This document shows, in pieces, positions 49,001-58,240 of a DNA stretch of 64,000 bases; position 1 is the first letter of the stretch; every line of letters begins with the position of its first letter. Below the pieces are notes generated by a model, which worked only from the letters and a program-made list of their open reading frames with translations, made no database searches and was not told the origin of the DNA. Source of the stretch: Flectonema sp. DT1601 (lineage: Eukaryota); assembly GCA_964019425.1 (NCBI GenBank), contig OZ025804.1, positions 744,001 through 808,000 on the forward strand, read 5' to 3'. The position numbers were made by a program, and so were the translations under genes.

Positions 49001-49699
49001 TTCAACAAACTATTACGACAGATGAGATCAACGTTGTTGGAATTACAAAAAGCAATTGCTGGACTCACAGTACTCTCTGAGTCACTTGATATGATGTACA
49101 TTGATTTCTTGAATGATAAGGTTCCTGAATTGTGGTTTAGGGTTAGCTATTTATCACTAAAGCCACTGGGAGCTTGGATGAAAGACATGGTAGCCAGAGT
49201 AGAGCATTGCAATAATTGGTTAAAATATGGAGAACCCTCATCATTTTGGCTCCCAGGACTATTCTCTCCTCACGGATTCATGACTGGTATATTACAAGGT
49301 CACGCCAGAACAAGTTTACTGAGTGTGGATATATTGTCGTTTGCTTTTTCTATTTTAAATGTTGATGAGATCCAGAATAGTCCTTCTCAAGGTGTTTATA
49401 TTCATGGTCTGTTTTCTGATTCATTTCAGTATGATAGAGAAAAGGGTGTCATGGTTGATCCTGCACCTGGTGAGTCTTACGCATCTCTTCCGATTATCCA
49501 CTTACTTCCGGAAGAATATCATAAACCGTCTCCTGGTTGTTTTTCATGTCCCACATACATCACAACTTCTCGTAAAGGTGTGTTGAGTAGTTTGGGAGCC
49601 TCAACAAATTTCATCCTCTGTGTTGAAACCCCTACCGATAGAGGAACTGACCACTGGATTAGAAAAGGCGCTGCGATGATATGCCAATTAAATTACTAA
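37022..49699 (+). CDS. Axonemal dynein heavy chain, inner-arm type (DNAH6-like), intronless
   Basis: 4225 aa; FPRFYLLSNDDLL, YGYEYLG, P-loops GPAGTGKT, GVAGSGKS, GQSGTGKS, GVGGSGKQ; WILLQNCHL; N-terminal YRRWKTFYTWR. Subfamily call is from memory of the family. Confidence 0.95.
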   Translation: MATPPAGGNLPPLPGTAPPHAGRTTPEMLATVACERAKERGGKGVSNKLLSRLYSNSSHTDGHMPNILTSVQKKEEHLSGQQRVSSAGLPGGQEQQLQTTSLSITKVRQKGVQDNNQASTTAVTSGVVGIRKIKESEWKDILTSPRRDNRDRILHSRGHTHTRPDTAVTSLSVTTRGGLMYGLSPRSYQDPQSPMGGSSDLDATSDADYINPADDESSPFSFIRRVMKGDPMGKFVYLAIKHQDIRQPYDPYNLAVVNHKETNPSNYFTMAKEGVTHVQNGEADFLPLDQWVKEHGIFQQILQIGFFSKYRRWKTFYTWRNHVRRTRISSFKTFLEDNLFILNPDLSPSQLQVRKICQELLQLQLYAPVQETKTLESYGELQSRNRDIQAKRLDQKINQIKEIISSACKAAMSSSTPPVVHHSVGDERSDVKDQNTEVQTHSSPSQNQPHRQTYIELSQKRAICRRLTSFIRLCDYMVVDSLVNLAMKSVEEVKDSVLYPKESDEVTTYQEEDTDVSGDEQTPRGVRSAHELALEAAGVSTGTMATRHTQDAGPFRGPVHFIDILLVDDSIIIQPNLESFIFKAESVVKKFTETIVRVERFAQMQCFAPYTSHAASDHPGDAELGVGPDVNDMVTGEDTYRGLVHTIKSSLQAAFADVEDYAMKFEPFKKMFIENRRVDPHQIKQDDPPLDWFRDERQKYQLQQQDIEKLPSQQDVSIFTAKTEKLKRVLSPSPVRCLDEVELLLPQIAKEKNDSLMAEVTDANKRLEAEATTVEEFVEFIRFHTQMTTRIDQVNQQYDAIQEMYLLIMTDLDVKGPTTHEDHLGFTEGTGPAVVKVRQMIASVEDTKDNLTRLFSKNIDVQYDKLKDNIASVMERGKNPIIDDEDADMNEVIAYVEDLAKEMEVIKARERELAGFQELIDSGREPGRIADSDISLEEELMEVYRNVNDKLKLWTSLRDWQVLTAEWSETVIENLVAANVEADVLKFDKAVRQVDRTLKGNPVVPKLRGMVDEFRLTLPVIACLKNPNLKEHHWTAIDDIVGRMLSQDPTYTLGVLMNLKVMDLKEEIQQVSNQATQEQQLDEMLSTVQKRWQSVEFAINPYKEQKDTYILGSVEEIMTHLEDSSVVIATIASNRFCTGGLRRRVEVWESDMRFMTETLDKWLEVQRKWMYLESIFSHKELQQQWPEDARAFLGVDKGFRELMKRTAGNPGTRNALTQSNYSLLAQCKKDIDSLERIEKRLEEKLDQKRRLFPRFYLLSNDDLLDILAQIRNPDKLGPHMLKMFDNIKKLTISESADVTHINSAEGEQVALVKQFKARGPVEKWLGETELSMVQSLRRQAKLCWEDFEIRSRMTWIFHHPAQLVLVVSQISWGKGAEAAIQNGTLRQYEEENKIQLKELAVATGQDLDFVSRSMLRTLITLDVHGRDLISEMAESKIDRTDSFGWQKQLRCYWERTDENDNHGDVVIRQNTSMFVYGYEYLGAMGRLVITPLTDRVFMTITGALHMCLGTAPSGPAGTGKTESVKDLAKGLGRQCIVYNCSDGVTYSMMETFFSGLCQTGAWCCLDEFNRIGIEVLSVIASQLHEVRGALLQQKSDPSFKTFTFQGQPQIDLKSTFGCCITMNPGYAGRTELPDNLKALFRPISVMTPDFRMIAEVILFSEGFGNATNLSLKITQLYKLSSEQLSSQHHYDFGMRALKSILVMAGDLKRSQPEVHEDLTLIIACNDSNIPKFVADDIPLFKGIMSDLFPGVTIPVRNYEEFLGELTTTMRKGKLQMVPTYVSKIFQLYETLIVRHGVMTVGVAGSGKSTARQSLADTLIGLCEKKSTNPQAKLVKQHIMNPKSIFMSELYGSIDLNTNEWQDGILPLVVKQCRQLNDAGGEGSNDHRWIVFDGPVDTLWVESMNSVLDDSKLLCLDNGVRIRLPDTIHMVFEVADLAVASPATVSRCGMVYMDFIELGWLPTVHTWLEIHMTSLLGPKGIAHLQKLFEEKLKKGLKWLNTCAKQLIIGSEQNMTRSCCDLYHALCTTQDVVFPAEEQLAEGQEEEEAIQRERRELINVIFAFCFIWTIGGNVDDKSRESFDQFTREALDDVILLSGPNSVFDYHVDFKNRNFVLWEKSVPKFTYDPKLPYFDILVPTVDTYRYSFLLKTLLKCKKPVLFSGQSGTGKSIIVQQTLIQSQDELALLNVVIQFSAKTSAPRTQEMIESKLKAKRKNLLGAPMIEGVQRVVSLFIDDLNMPALEVFGASPPVELVRQMIGNGGFYDRKYLFWKAVQEVVVLAACGPPEGGRSQVTPRLVRFFHLLQIPNLSEESMTKIFQSILNGFFSTQNFSSEILEIIKPMVEGAVDVYNTIRDVLRPRPAKAHYTFNLRDLSKVFQGIMQVVPRNCSTNQQAVRLWIHENCRCYFDRLVNNTDRQYFTEEIIMPVIQRKFACASKFTHKQLFEESHIIWGDFLKPTVPVDERLYEECHDLKKLPRVFEEYLDDFNLNTQKVMQLVFFSDHCYHLSRIVRIIRQPRGNALLVGVGGSGKQSLTRLAASIADYQVFQIEVNSKYSLDKFHEDLLVLYQIAGIDRRSVVFLFNDSQIVDEGMVEDVNNMLNSGEVPSLFTVEEKDKKINQSMEAAREAGMGSSRDEVYSFFISRVRDNLHIVLGMSPVGDAFRTRCRNFPSLTNCCSVDWFDEWPSDALHQVAHRQFVESSEFDFTVFGKENSSLPDKLVKLCVVVHHSVINVATRFYEELRRHYYITPTSYLEFINLYIGLLEDKYKEVGEQLAKLKGGSEKMCDTNTFIAVKKKEIAEQQPLLEEAAQKNTKLMAVLKVRQEKANAVNITVSAQETEASEQQKVAAALKAEAHADLAEAMPQLEAAERSLQSLDKQSINEIKSYSNPPKAVEITMQAVMILLDEGKYEWKKAKDLLGRGNFMQLLFDYDKDHIPKVLITRVAKFCNDEDFSPDKVEKGGSQATKVLCIWCHAMYKYYHVSLVVEPKRKALEKAQSDLEVTNSKLQQAQKALKTVQDELSVLQEEFDGSVKEKEVLEESIERSIRQLGNAEVLTESLGSETERWSSQIEELEKEVSKLPGDVFLAGASIVYFGAFTPVFRQAVVKLWLEAAIELDVPISDNYSLVKTLADPMQVRDWQIHSLPTDSTSSENAVLCIASCESTKLSRWPLMIDPQGQAAKWIRAEQSRKGLKVIKMTDPKYIHVLAQAIRNGTPILIDEVGETLDPALESVLLKQVYVVDGQPMINIGGADHAVKYDPLFRLYMTTKIANPHYLPEVCIKVTLINFTVTMEGLEDQMLGDVVSIEKSVLEEQKSKVLKSVADAKKRKKNLENQILEKLESAQGNVLDEPEIIKALKQSQSNGTVLVKQLAEAEEKEKTINDAREEYRLVAKRSAILYFVTADLPLIDPMYQYSLDYFKRIVRQVIEQSPKHPTITEHLSHLIESVTETIYRAICRGLFNRHKVVFSLMLSSSVSRGAGSITEAEWLFFNRPASFVRNASERDPIPKDLRVQEASWSFADALCKVSTNLSNITSDIKNRSKLWIDWLALDSPQDARLPGEGTELDWEEKCTPFQKCIIMRCFREEKITMQLLHLIESDLGAKYVEPPTFDLKVAFQDSAVDRPVIFILSQGSDPTEGFLKWAADYGKKVRYVALGQGQEGPARRLVESGKKAGDWILLQNCHLGKSFMMELQDIVANLDPSDKQIKDGFRMWLTSMPVNYFPIPILQNSIKITNEAPSGIKANMKRCYADLTDSDICHFDDRGQWSDLTTGHNRSGAYKKLLYGMCFFHSTILERRKFGPLGWNTPYEWNETDLVVSRDWLRLFLSQDSVPWDSMAYIIGEINYGGRVTDPLDRLCLASILQTYFTVDILSDDYTFSQSGTYHAPSNGGLDMYRTKIAELPRIDEPEVFGMHSNASLRYQLQESQQLLKTLLAIQPRASSKGAGISPEDMVKTKAAETLDVLPSLLNLEDAGPKSLITMENGVPNSLSTVLRHEVEKFNKLLRQMRSTLLELQKAIAGLTVLSESLDMMYIDFLNDKVPELWFRVSYLSLKPLGAWMKDMVARVEHCNNWLKYGEPSSFWLPGLFSPHGFMTGILQGHARTSLLSVDILSFAFSILNVDEIQNSPSQGVYIHGLFSDSFQYDREKGVMVDPAPGESYASLPIIHLLPEEYHKPSPGCFSCPTYITTSRKGVLSSLGASTNFILCVETPTDRGTDHWIRKGAAMICQLNY

Positions 49700-50541
49700 A
49701 TTATACTCTCTTCCCCCGAGGGAAAAAAAAAAAAAAAAAAAGTTGGAAGTCTCTATGACTGTTTTTATGTTTCTGTTGTTCTTTATTTTATTATTATTTA
49801 TTATTATTATTTTTTTCTTTGTTTCTTTCTTGTTTTTACCCATATTTCTTATATTCTCCTTTGTTCCTTTCCCCTTGGAAAATAGTATTTTCATTTTTTT
49901 GCAAGGGTTGCGGAATTGTTCTTAGGAAATGGGAAAGAAAAGGGGGAAAAAAAAAAAAAAAGAAAAAAAAAAAAAGGTTCGAAAAAAATTACTTTGTTAA
50001 GGTTATGTAATTTTTTTTTTAAACATGCCCTGAAAATCTTGGGTTTGTTCACCAGCCCTTTTTTTTCTGCGTATATTGTCAGAATCCTGTTAATAACTGT
50101 TTTGGTTGGCCTGGCTTTTTTTTCCCGCTTGGTATCATTTAATACTTAAGAAAAGAAAAAATCCCAAACACTCTTCTGGGTGGGTTGGGTAAGAAGTATC
50201 CCTACATACTAATATCGAGGGCTTTTCGAATAGAAATGAGCGACCTCGAGAATCGAACATGCCGTTAAAAAAAAAAAAAAAAAAAAAAAAGGTGCATTTT
50301 CACTCCTTCTCCCCTTTGTTATAAACCAAAAAAAGAAGGATCTTTGATTAACAGCTGCTTGCTATTACCCATTACTGAGTAGCTTTGTGTGCCTTGATAA
50401 GTGTTTTAATTTATTGTGGGGAATTCTTTTATTTCACAGGTCTCAGTAGGAAGCATTAGAGCAGACCAATTGAATTAATGATTAAAGTGTTTGTGAATAA
50501 AACTACTTCTCCTCTCAGACTAAGGACACCTATCACAAAAA

Positions 50542-51009
50542 ATGCCTGCCAAGAACCAAGGAAAGCAGACCGCTAACGTCGTCAAGGTCAGCAAGAAGAA
50601 GGGAGGAGCCAAGAAGGTTGTAAAGCCAAAGGCCACCGCTGTCAGAAAGAGAAAGGAGAGATTCTCTGTTCAGTTCCACAGACCGTACACACTCCGTACC
50701 AAGTCTGTCCCAGAGTGCCCAAGACGTACTACTCCAGTTGTGAGAAAGAATGACCACTTCTCAGTCATCAGATGCCCACTTACCACTGAGTCCGCGATGA
50801 AGAAGATTGAGGACACCAACACCATGGTTTTCATTGTTGACAGAAGAAGCAACAAGATTCAGATCAAGGACGCCGTAAAGAAATTGTACGACGTTAAGGC
50901 CGTCAAGGTTAACACCCTCATCCGTCCTGACGGTAAGAAGAAGGCGTTCGTTCGTATCCACCAGGACTGCGATGCTCTTGACGTTGCCTCCAAGATCGGA
51001 ATGATCTAA
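50542..51009 (+). CDS. RPL23A: 60S ribosomal protein L23a (uL23), copy 1
   Basis: [45 protein letters not shown]. Confidence 0.97.
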   Translation: MPAKNQGKQTANVVKVSKKKGGAKKVVKPKATAVRKRKERFSVQFHRPYTLRTKSVPECPRRTTPVVRKNDHFSVIRCPLTTESAMKKIEDTNTMVFIVDRRSNKIQIKDAVKKLYDVKAVKVNTLIRPDGKKKAFVRIHQDCDALDVASKIGMI

Positions 51010-51416
51010 AAAGTGTTGCTTCATAGTCTTTATTGAAAGAGGGTTGTCCAAAAAAAAAAAAAAAAAAAAAAAGCAAAAAAAAATTGAAAAAAAAAAAGAG
51101 TAACAAAAAAAAAAAGATTCCTGCCCAATGCCACGGTACCGTAACCCATAAAGTTATCTGTAGCCGTTTCCTACGACTAGTGATTGGCGGGTGCTCTCAT
51201 GAAGATAAATCATTTATTGTTTTTATTAAAACTATTATTTCTCAACTCACAGTAGCAACCAAACGGACTCACAAACATTACGGAGGAGTTGGGAAGGATG
51301 TCCAGCGGTAAGAAGGTCAAGTTGGGGACCTGTTGTGGCTTTCTTTGAGATGAGCACGTCATTTCTATTTATTACAATACTTTCCTCAGCAAGAAAAGAA
51401 CAACCAGCAAAACAAA

Positions 51417-51884
51417 ATGCCTGCCAAGAACCAAGGAAAGCAGACCGCTAACATCGTCAAGGTCAGCAAGAAGAAGGGAGGAGCCAAGAAGGTTGTAAAG
51501 CCAAAGGCCACCGCTGTCAGAAAGAGAAAGGAGAGATTCTCTGTTCAGTTCCACAGACCGTACACACTCCGTACCAAGTCTGTCCCAGAGTGCCCAAGAC
51601 GTACTACTCCAGTTGTGAGAAAGAATGACCACTTCTCAGTCATCAGATGCCCACTTACCACTGAGTCCGCGATGAAGAAGATTGAGGACACCAACACCAT
51701 GGTTTTCATTGTTGACAGAAGAAGCAACAAGATTCAGATCAAGGACGCCGTAAAGAAGTTGTACGACGTTAAGGCCGTCAAGGTTAACACCCTCATCCGT
51801 CCTGACGGTAAGAAGAAGGCGTTCGTTCGTATCCACCAGGACTGCGATGCTCTTGACGTTGCCTCCAAGATCGGAATGATCTAA
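51417..51884 (+). CDS. RPL23A: 60S ribosomal protein L23a (uL23), copy 2
   Basis: Same protein as copy 1 except V/I at residue 13. Confidence 0.97.
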   Translation: MPAKNQGKQTANIVKVSKKKGGAKKVVKPKATAVRKRKERFSVQFHRPYTLRTKSVPECPRRTTPVVRKNDHFSVIRCPLTTESAMKKIEDTNTMVFIVDRRSNKIQIKDAVKKLYDVKAVKVNTLIRPDGKKKAFVRIHQDCDALDVASKIGMI

Positions 51885-52165
51885 AAAGTTTCTGGCTTAA
51901 TCTTTGTGAGAAGTACATTCTTCTCGTTAGTTTGTTTCTTGCTGATGGCTTGGTAATTGCAATTTTTTTTTTTTTTTTTTCGGTTTTCTTTTTTCTTTTT
52001 TTTTCTTTGCTTTCTTTTTGAGTCATCTACGTGCATGGGTCACTCCTTATAGTTTCCTTGGCATTTTGAGACTTCCCCCGATCAATTTTTAAAAAAAAAA
52101 AAAAAAAAGGGAAAAGGGTGAGGAAAAGAGGGAAAAAAAAAAGAAAAGAAGAACATTATGGTATC

Positions 52166-52204
<39 letters not shown>

Positions 52205-52423
52205 ACACAGGGTGGTGTCAGATATGAAATTATCACCAACTATTCATAAATTCCAAAACAATACTTTTCAAAACAGCGCAACATTGGACACAAAAATGAG
52301 TTTCAAAAAAAAAAAAAAAAAACGAAACTCACATTACCATGTCAATAATCATCTATTTCTTAAAGTCCATCCTCCATCATTAAACCATAACAATGAGTAA
52401 TGCACAATAAAACAGGTAGTTGA

Positions 52424-55400
52424 ATGAACATTCAAAATGAAGTTCGTGACTTACTTCAGAGAAAGAATCCTGCAGCACTCAACAAGATTGAAGCATTGCT
52501 GAACACTCCAAAAATAGCTGGAAATTGGAACAAATTATTAGCAACTTTAAAAGAAAAATACGGAGAATTATCAGACAGTGATTGGGAAGAAAAGTGTAAA
52601 GCGTTACTACAACAACACGCACCGAAAAAAGTTTCTCAGCTCAGCGCTTTGTTGAAGTTGGATCAATATGATTCGACTGAGAAACTGTACCTCGCACTTG
52701 TAAAGAAGTACGGTGATGTTGATTGGCTGTACTGCTGTAAAGATCTCTTAAAGGCACATGATGAGTTACCACAACTTGAAACCTTACTATCAAAACACAA
52801 TAACGATAGTGAAGTGCTATATCTCTCGTTGGTAAATAAATATTCATCGTCATCATCATCTGAATCAGATCTCTGGATTACAAAATGTAAATCCATCTTA
52901 ACACAACAAGGGAAACCTCAACAACTGTCGAGGCTACTTCAGATGCCTCAGTATTCTGAGAACAGTGAGAAGTTGTACAGAGATTTAGTTAAGAAATACT
53001 CTTTGAGTGAAGACACACCATCCGATGTGCATCAGTGGAAGCAAAAGTGTGAAGCCATCCTCGAAAAACAAGGAAAGGTGAGCCAACTTCCAACACTACT
53101 TCAGATGCCGCAGTACTCTGAAGACAGTGAGAAGTTGTACAGAGATTTGGTTAAGAAATATTCCGCACCTGAGGATAAGTTATCGACATCTTCTGAAGAG
53201 CACCGATGGGAGCAAAAATGTGAAGCCATCCTCGAAAAACAAGGAAAGGTGAGCCAACTTCCAACACTACTTCAGATGCCACAATACTCCAAAGATGCTA
53301 AGAAACTGTACGAAGCTCTCGCGAAAAAATACAAAAACGACGAAAATCCAGAAGACGACTGGAAAGCGAAATGCGAAAGCCTACTCGCCACTCACAGAAA
53401 GGCAAGTCAGCTGTCAACACTTCTTGATATCCCACAGTATAAAAATAATCCAAAACATCTTTATTACGCTCTGCTTGAGAAATACTCACCTTCAGAACTA
53501 CCACATTCAGTGTGGGAACAAAAGGCTGTGACTAAAGTTGACCACGCAGGGTCAACTTTAATAGTTTCAGAACTAAGCAACCAGTACGACATTATTGGTG
53601 AACAACTTTACTTATTCGTTAAGGAGATCCTTAATTATTTTAAAAGTGAAACAGAAAGTCGTCAGCAACTAACCGAAGAGTTCACAACAACCAGAACCTC
53701 TTTGTTAGGTCAGTCAGATATGCACAGAAGGAATACAGAAGAGTTAGGGAGAGCAAGGAGACAAATCACACTCACTGAAACATCATCTCGGATGGAATTA
53801 GAAACAGTTGAGCAGCAGACTTATGAAGAACAATTATTACAGTTTAGTATTCTAAAGCAGCAAAGTACTCCTCTCGATAACATAAATAAAGACAGTGAAG
53901 ACATTGGTGAAGACATTGATCCTCAACTCTCTTCTTTAGAAGATGTCGCTCAAGAAGAAGTAGACTCGAGATATGATATCGAAGACGATGAGAGTCAGGC
54001 GATGTCAGATCTGTTCAGACATTTCATTTCCTCTTCAAAATCAATTTTTTCAACCGAACCTCCTCCTCCTTCAGCTGGTGAGAATCTCTCTCTTGAAGAT
54101 CACTCACCAACTCCTTCATCGAGGGATGGGGGAGTTGATGAATATGTGTTCGACACGCCGTCCCCACTCAAGGGAAATGTTCATCAGCCCATCCAACTCA
54201 CAACAAATAACTCACCACGAGATGGTGATACTCGTGAACCACGAGATGGTGATACTCGTGAAGAGCTATTCCTTTCACCGTCCGAGAGAGAAACTGCAGA
54301 CAGCGACATCCCTCTTATCCCTCCGCTGTATGATCACAGACTCCAATCCAACGAGGATGTTGTGGTTGACAACATTGCTCTGGACAGACCTCGTGAGTTG
54401 CAAAAACTTCCAACTGCGGAGATTGTAAACAGAAGCCCTCAGATGTCTGAAGTAGTTGCTGTGCATTCGCCACCGTCACCATCACCATCACCGTCACCAT
54501 CATCAGATCACAATATCGACAACAGGGTGAGTGATATTCAGGATTTGAACTCTTCTCAAAATATAAAAACTAATTTAATTGAAGTCATCCCAACTCACGA
54601 CAACAATGAGACAAAAGAAGTGATGGATTCGGATTCACCAATCCAACAATCAACATCCCACCAGCTAAAGTTAACTGAAGAAACACTTCAAAGACAAGCT
54701 GCTCTACACTCTGATGATGATCATGACAGAGAACCCTCACCACAGATTATTGATTCTTTATTTGGTCAGGTTGATCTGACGGTTACTAATCCAGTTGTTG
54801 AGGAGTCGAGAGAGAAGCTAATTAAATTATTTAAAATAGTAAACAAAGACCCCGAAGATATAATAGAAAAGAAAGTTGACGCGATGATGAAACACTACGA
54901 AGGTAGGGAATCTGATCTGCTCGCCGCGGTTGAAAGAAAGTATGGCACTGTATCCGACGGTATAAATAACGATAATGATGGTGATGAAGAAGAGTCCGTA
55001 GAAAAATTATCTCTCCGTGACAAACTGGTATTAATATTTAGCAAAGAAAACCCTGAAAATGAACGTTCAACAAACGAAGCAAAGTCCGACACCGTACTGC
55101 GATATTATGAAGGGAGGGAAGACGAATTAATATCCGCAATGAGAATTAAATTCGGAGACTACGCCGACGAAGTATTCGGCACCGAAGACAAAATCTCATC
55201 CACCGACGACGACAACTCATCTGAGAGCAGTATTAAAGCTGACTCATCGCTAAGAGATAAACTTCTTCGTTTATACGGAAGAGTTAATCAGAATGACGTG
55301 TCTACGAATGAGGCTCAAGTTGATACAATGATGCAGCATTATGAAGGTCGAGAAGAAGATTTAATCGCCGCGATTGAAGCCAAACATGGACCACTAGACC

Positions 55401-57956
55401 TTCCAGACTACCAACGTTATTTAAAAAAAGTTTATAAAAAATACGATCCCGATAAAATTGCTTCAGTTGATATAGTCCTCGACCAATACCAAGGGAGGGA
55501 ACCAGACTTATTCACTGCCTTAGCAACTCGTTATGCAGACAGCTCTGTTGCGACCATCTATTTAGGAAAAAAATCACCTGCAGAAATACCCAAGGAAGGT
55601 GCAAACAGCAGTTTCTTGGAAAGGCTGCAAGCTTTAAAAGAAGGAGATTCTTCGTTTATCGCAGATCCAGAAAGTCTACTGGCTAAGTACGAAGGGTATG
55701 AAGAACAACTTGTCTCTAAATTAGAAGAAAAATATCAAACTGAACAAAAGCTACCTGAGAATGCTGTTGTTCAGTTGACAGTAATCCCAACAAGGTATCG
55801 AAACAGATTGGATAGGTTTTATTCACTTTATGCAAAGGATAAGTTACCAACAGTCGACAGTACTCTTCGAACCTATAAGGGAAAGGAAGAAGATTTATTC
55901 GACATGTTAGTAGCAACATATGGTCCTGAACCACTAGCTTCTGAAAGCTGCACATCATCAGACTACGAAGAGGAACCAGACGATAGCTATTCTGAAGAAG
56001 AAGGTGATCAAGATCCAGAATCAACGCTGCTAAATAAAATTATGTCATCATCGAATGCATTTCAAGGAAGACCTGAAGAACTCAAAGACGCTATCCGAAG
56101 AAGACTAAACGCCTCGAACAGCAATACAAAACAACCTCTTGAAGGAGATAATTTAGACAACGGAAACTCTGATGATGATGGATTACTAATTCCAGTTAAA
56201 CCTGTTTGTACTAATTGTGGTCAACAATCGTGTGATTGTCTATCTGACGCAAAGAAAAAAAGAAGAATTTCACGACGAAGAACTTTTCCTCACAACGCTG
56301 TTGACTACACAGCTGGTAGTTGGCTTTATTATAGGTATGTGTGTTGTGTGTGTTCTGTGTTGTGTGTGTTGTGTGTGTTCTGTGTTGTGTGTTGTGTGTG
56401 TTGTGTGTTCTGTGTGTTGTGTGTTCTGTGTGTAGTGTGTTGTTATCAGTAGTATGAACAGTAGTAGTAAACAACCTCAAACAGGTATCACCCAACAGTG
56501 TCTACTGGTCCGAAGTCATGGAAGAGGTCATGGTTTTCCCTTCAGTCTGGTACAACTCTGATTCGAAAAACCGAACACCGAGGTGGACGTCAATTCACAA
56601 CACCTCTTAAAAAAGCAATTCGTGTAGAGCAGTACGAGTTGAAGGGTGAGGCACCACCGAAAAACAGATGTCAGCATTTTATTATAGCTTTAACAATGGA
56701 CGGGATGGTTGGGGGAAGGTGGTATAGTCAACTTGTATTCTGTTGTGAAAACATGGAAATGAAGAGATCATGGATGGCTGGTTTCAATTCAGCAATCAAA
56801 ACACTAAACACAAAACAATATACTACAGCAACACCAATAATTAGAGTTCATCGTGATGATTCTTTGAGTCCTCGTCGAAACCCATGCGATTCAGAGTTAG
56901 GTTATTCTCAATTCTATTATCAACCTGAAGCATGTCCACGCTGGGGCAGCATTCGCTTTCGAGTTCTAACTGATTACTTAGTATGCAATAGTGACACTAT
57001 TCAACTTACATATTTTCCTTTATCTTGGATTATATCAGCGGAATGGTGTCGTATTGGTAGGTTGTGTCCACCGTTACCAGCTCAGAGTACTGGTCTACGA
57101 CTTCAATTCGCGAAGAGATGTGTTTTTGTATCGGCGTCAACGAGGTCTCAGTTACAAATTTTAAAAGATAAAATAAAAAAGTTACTAACAAACCCGTCGG
57201 GGAATTCTCAAACAGTTCCAGTTTACGCATCCATTGCTACTCGTGATAAATACGGCATACCTAGTTCTCTTACTTCGCCTAAACCTGGAAATTTATGTGA
57301 CTCCGTGTACTCTGGCAGCTGGGAAGATGCTGCCGGTAAATTAATACTCCACGAAGCAGTCCACAGAAAGCTAATAACACAAGATGAAGACTTCAACGTG
57401 GATTGGATCAAAAACGGACCTCCTGAATGGGTACAAGATTTGTTCAAACAAGAGGAGTCAAGTCGACAACTACTACTCAGTGATCATAAACAAGATTGCT
57501 TTCGAATAGAAGAGGCCGCTCTCGCAGCTGCATCGGCAGCTGAGAGAAGTCCATCTCCGAAAAAAGAAGTTCGCCTACTGGAGCCACCACCTTCAATTAA
57601 TTTTAATCCTCACATAAATATAAAAGGATATCTGTTTCAGAATTATATTATAATAAATAACTTAAAGTCTTGGGGTGTCGCACTACCGAATAAGATTCAC
57701 TGGTACGACCCGGAGACTCTCGATATCCGAGGAACACTTCTCCTCTCTACTCTGACTGTTAACAACTCAGATAGCAGTCTTTTATTGACAGACTCAAGTG
57801 GATGTGAGTTTGTATGTCGTTTTCTTCTTTCTTTTATTCAAGTCAGATGGATTGTAATTGTTGAAATAAAACTAACAATAGGTAATCTCTAAATCGGGTT
57901 CAGACGTGCAGAACTGTTGGATAGAATACTTACAAAGCAAGACTGTAGCAACTTAG
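52424..57956 (+). CDS. Large protein with many short helical '...L..KY(G)' modules and C-terminal PH domains; exons 52424-56334, 56485-57811, 57882-57956
   Basis: Removing intron 56335-56484 fuses the two ORFs into PH-like WLYYR..WKRSWFSL..FCCENMEMKRSWMAGFNSAI; last exon supplies a PH-type terminal helix (QNCWIEYLQS); modules such as RLDRFYSLYAKDKLPTVDSTLRTYKGKEEDLFDMLVATYGPEP. Confidence 0.85.
56336..56443 (+). repeat. Imperfect (TG)n/TGTGT microsatellite inside an intron
   Basis: Directly visible TG-rich simple repeat starting at the GTATGT donor. Confidence 0.95.
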
Positions 57957-58240
57957 TCAATCAGAAAAATACTAATTAATCCAAATGTGCGTTTCATAAA
58001 TATAATCCGTTAAAACAAAAAAAAAAGCCCGGCTACTCGCTGCTGTTGCTTTTACGAGCTAGCCCCTTACCTGTATTGCTTTCCCTTTTCACCCTCCACA
58101 AGTAGAATGCTATTACGAAATTATTTATCCGTAGAATACTTATATTACATTACAATGCTAGTTTTTAATATTATTTATTATTTTCAAAAGAGACTGATCT
58201 TTGATCAAAAAGGTCAGTTAGTACATTTACACATGTGAGG

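Noticed and set aside
21322..49699. Functional cluster of microtubule motors (dynein IC, kinesin, dynein HC)
   Set aside because: The IC is cytoplasmic-type and the HC axonemal, and they are interspersed with P0 genes; motors are numerous in flagellates, so adjacency is probably chance
56335..56452. Cys/Val-rich C-terminus of the 1342-aa ORF
   Set aside because: Translation of a TG-microsatellite intron
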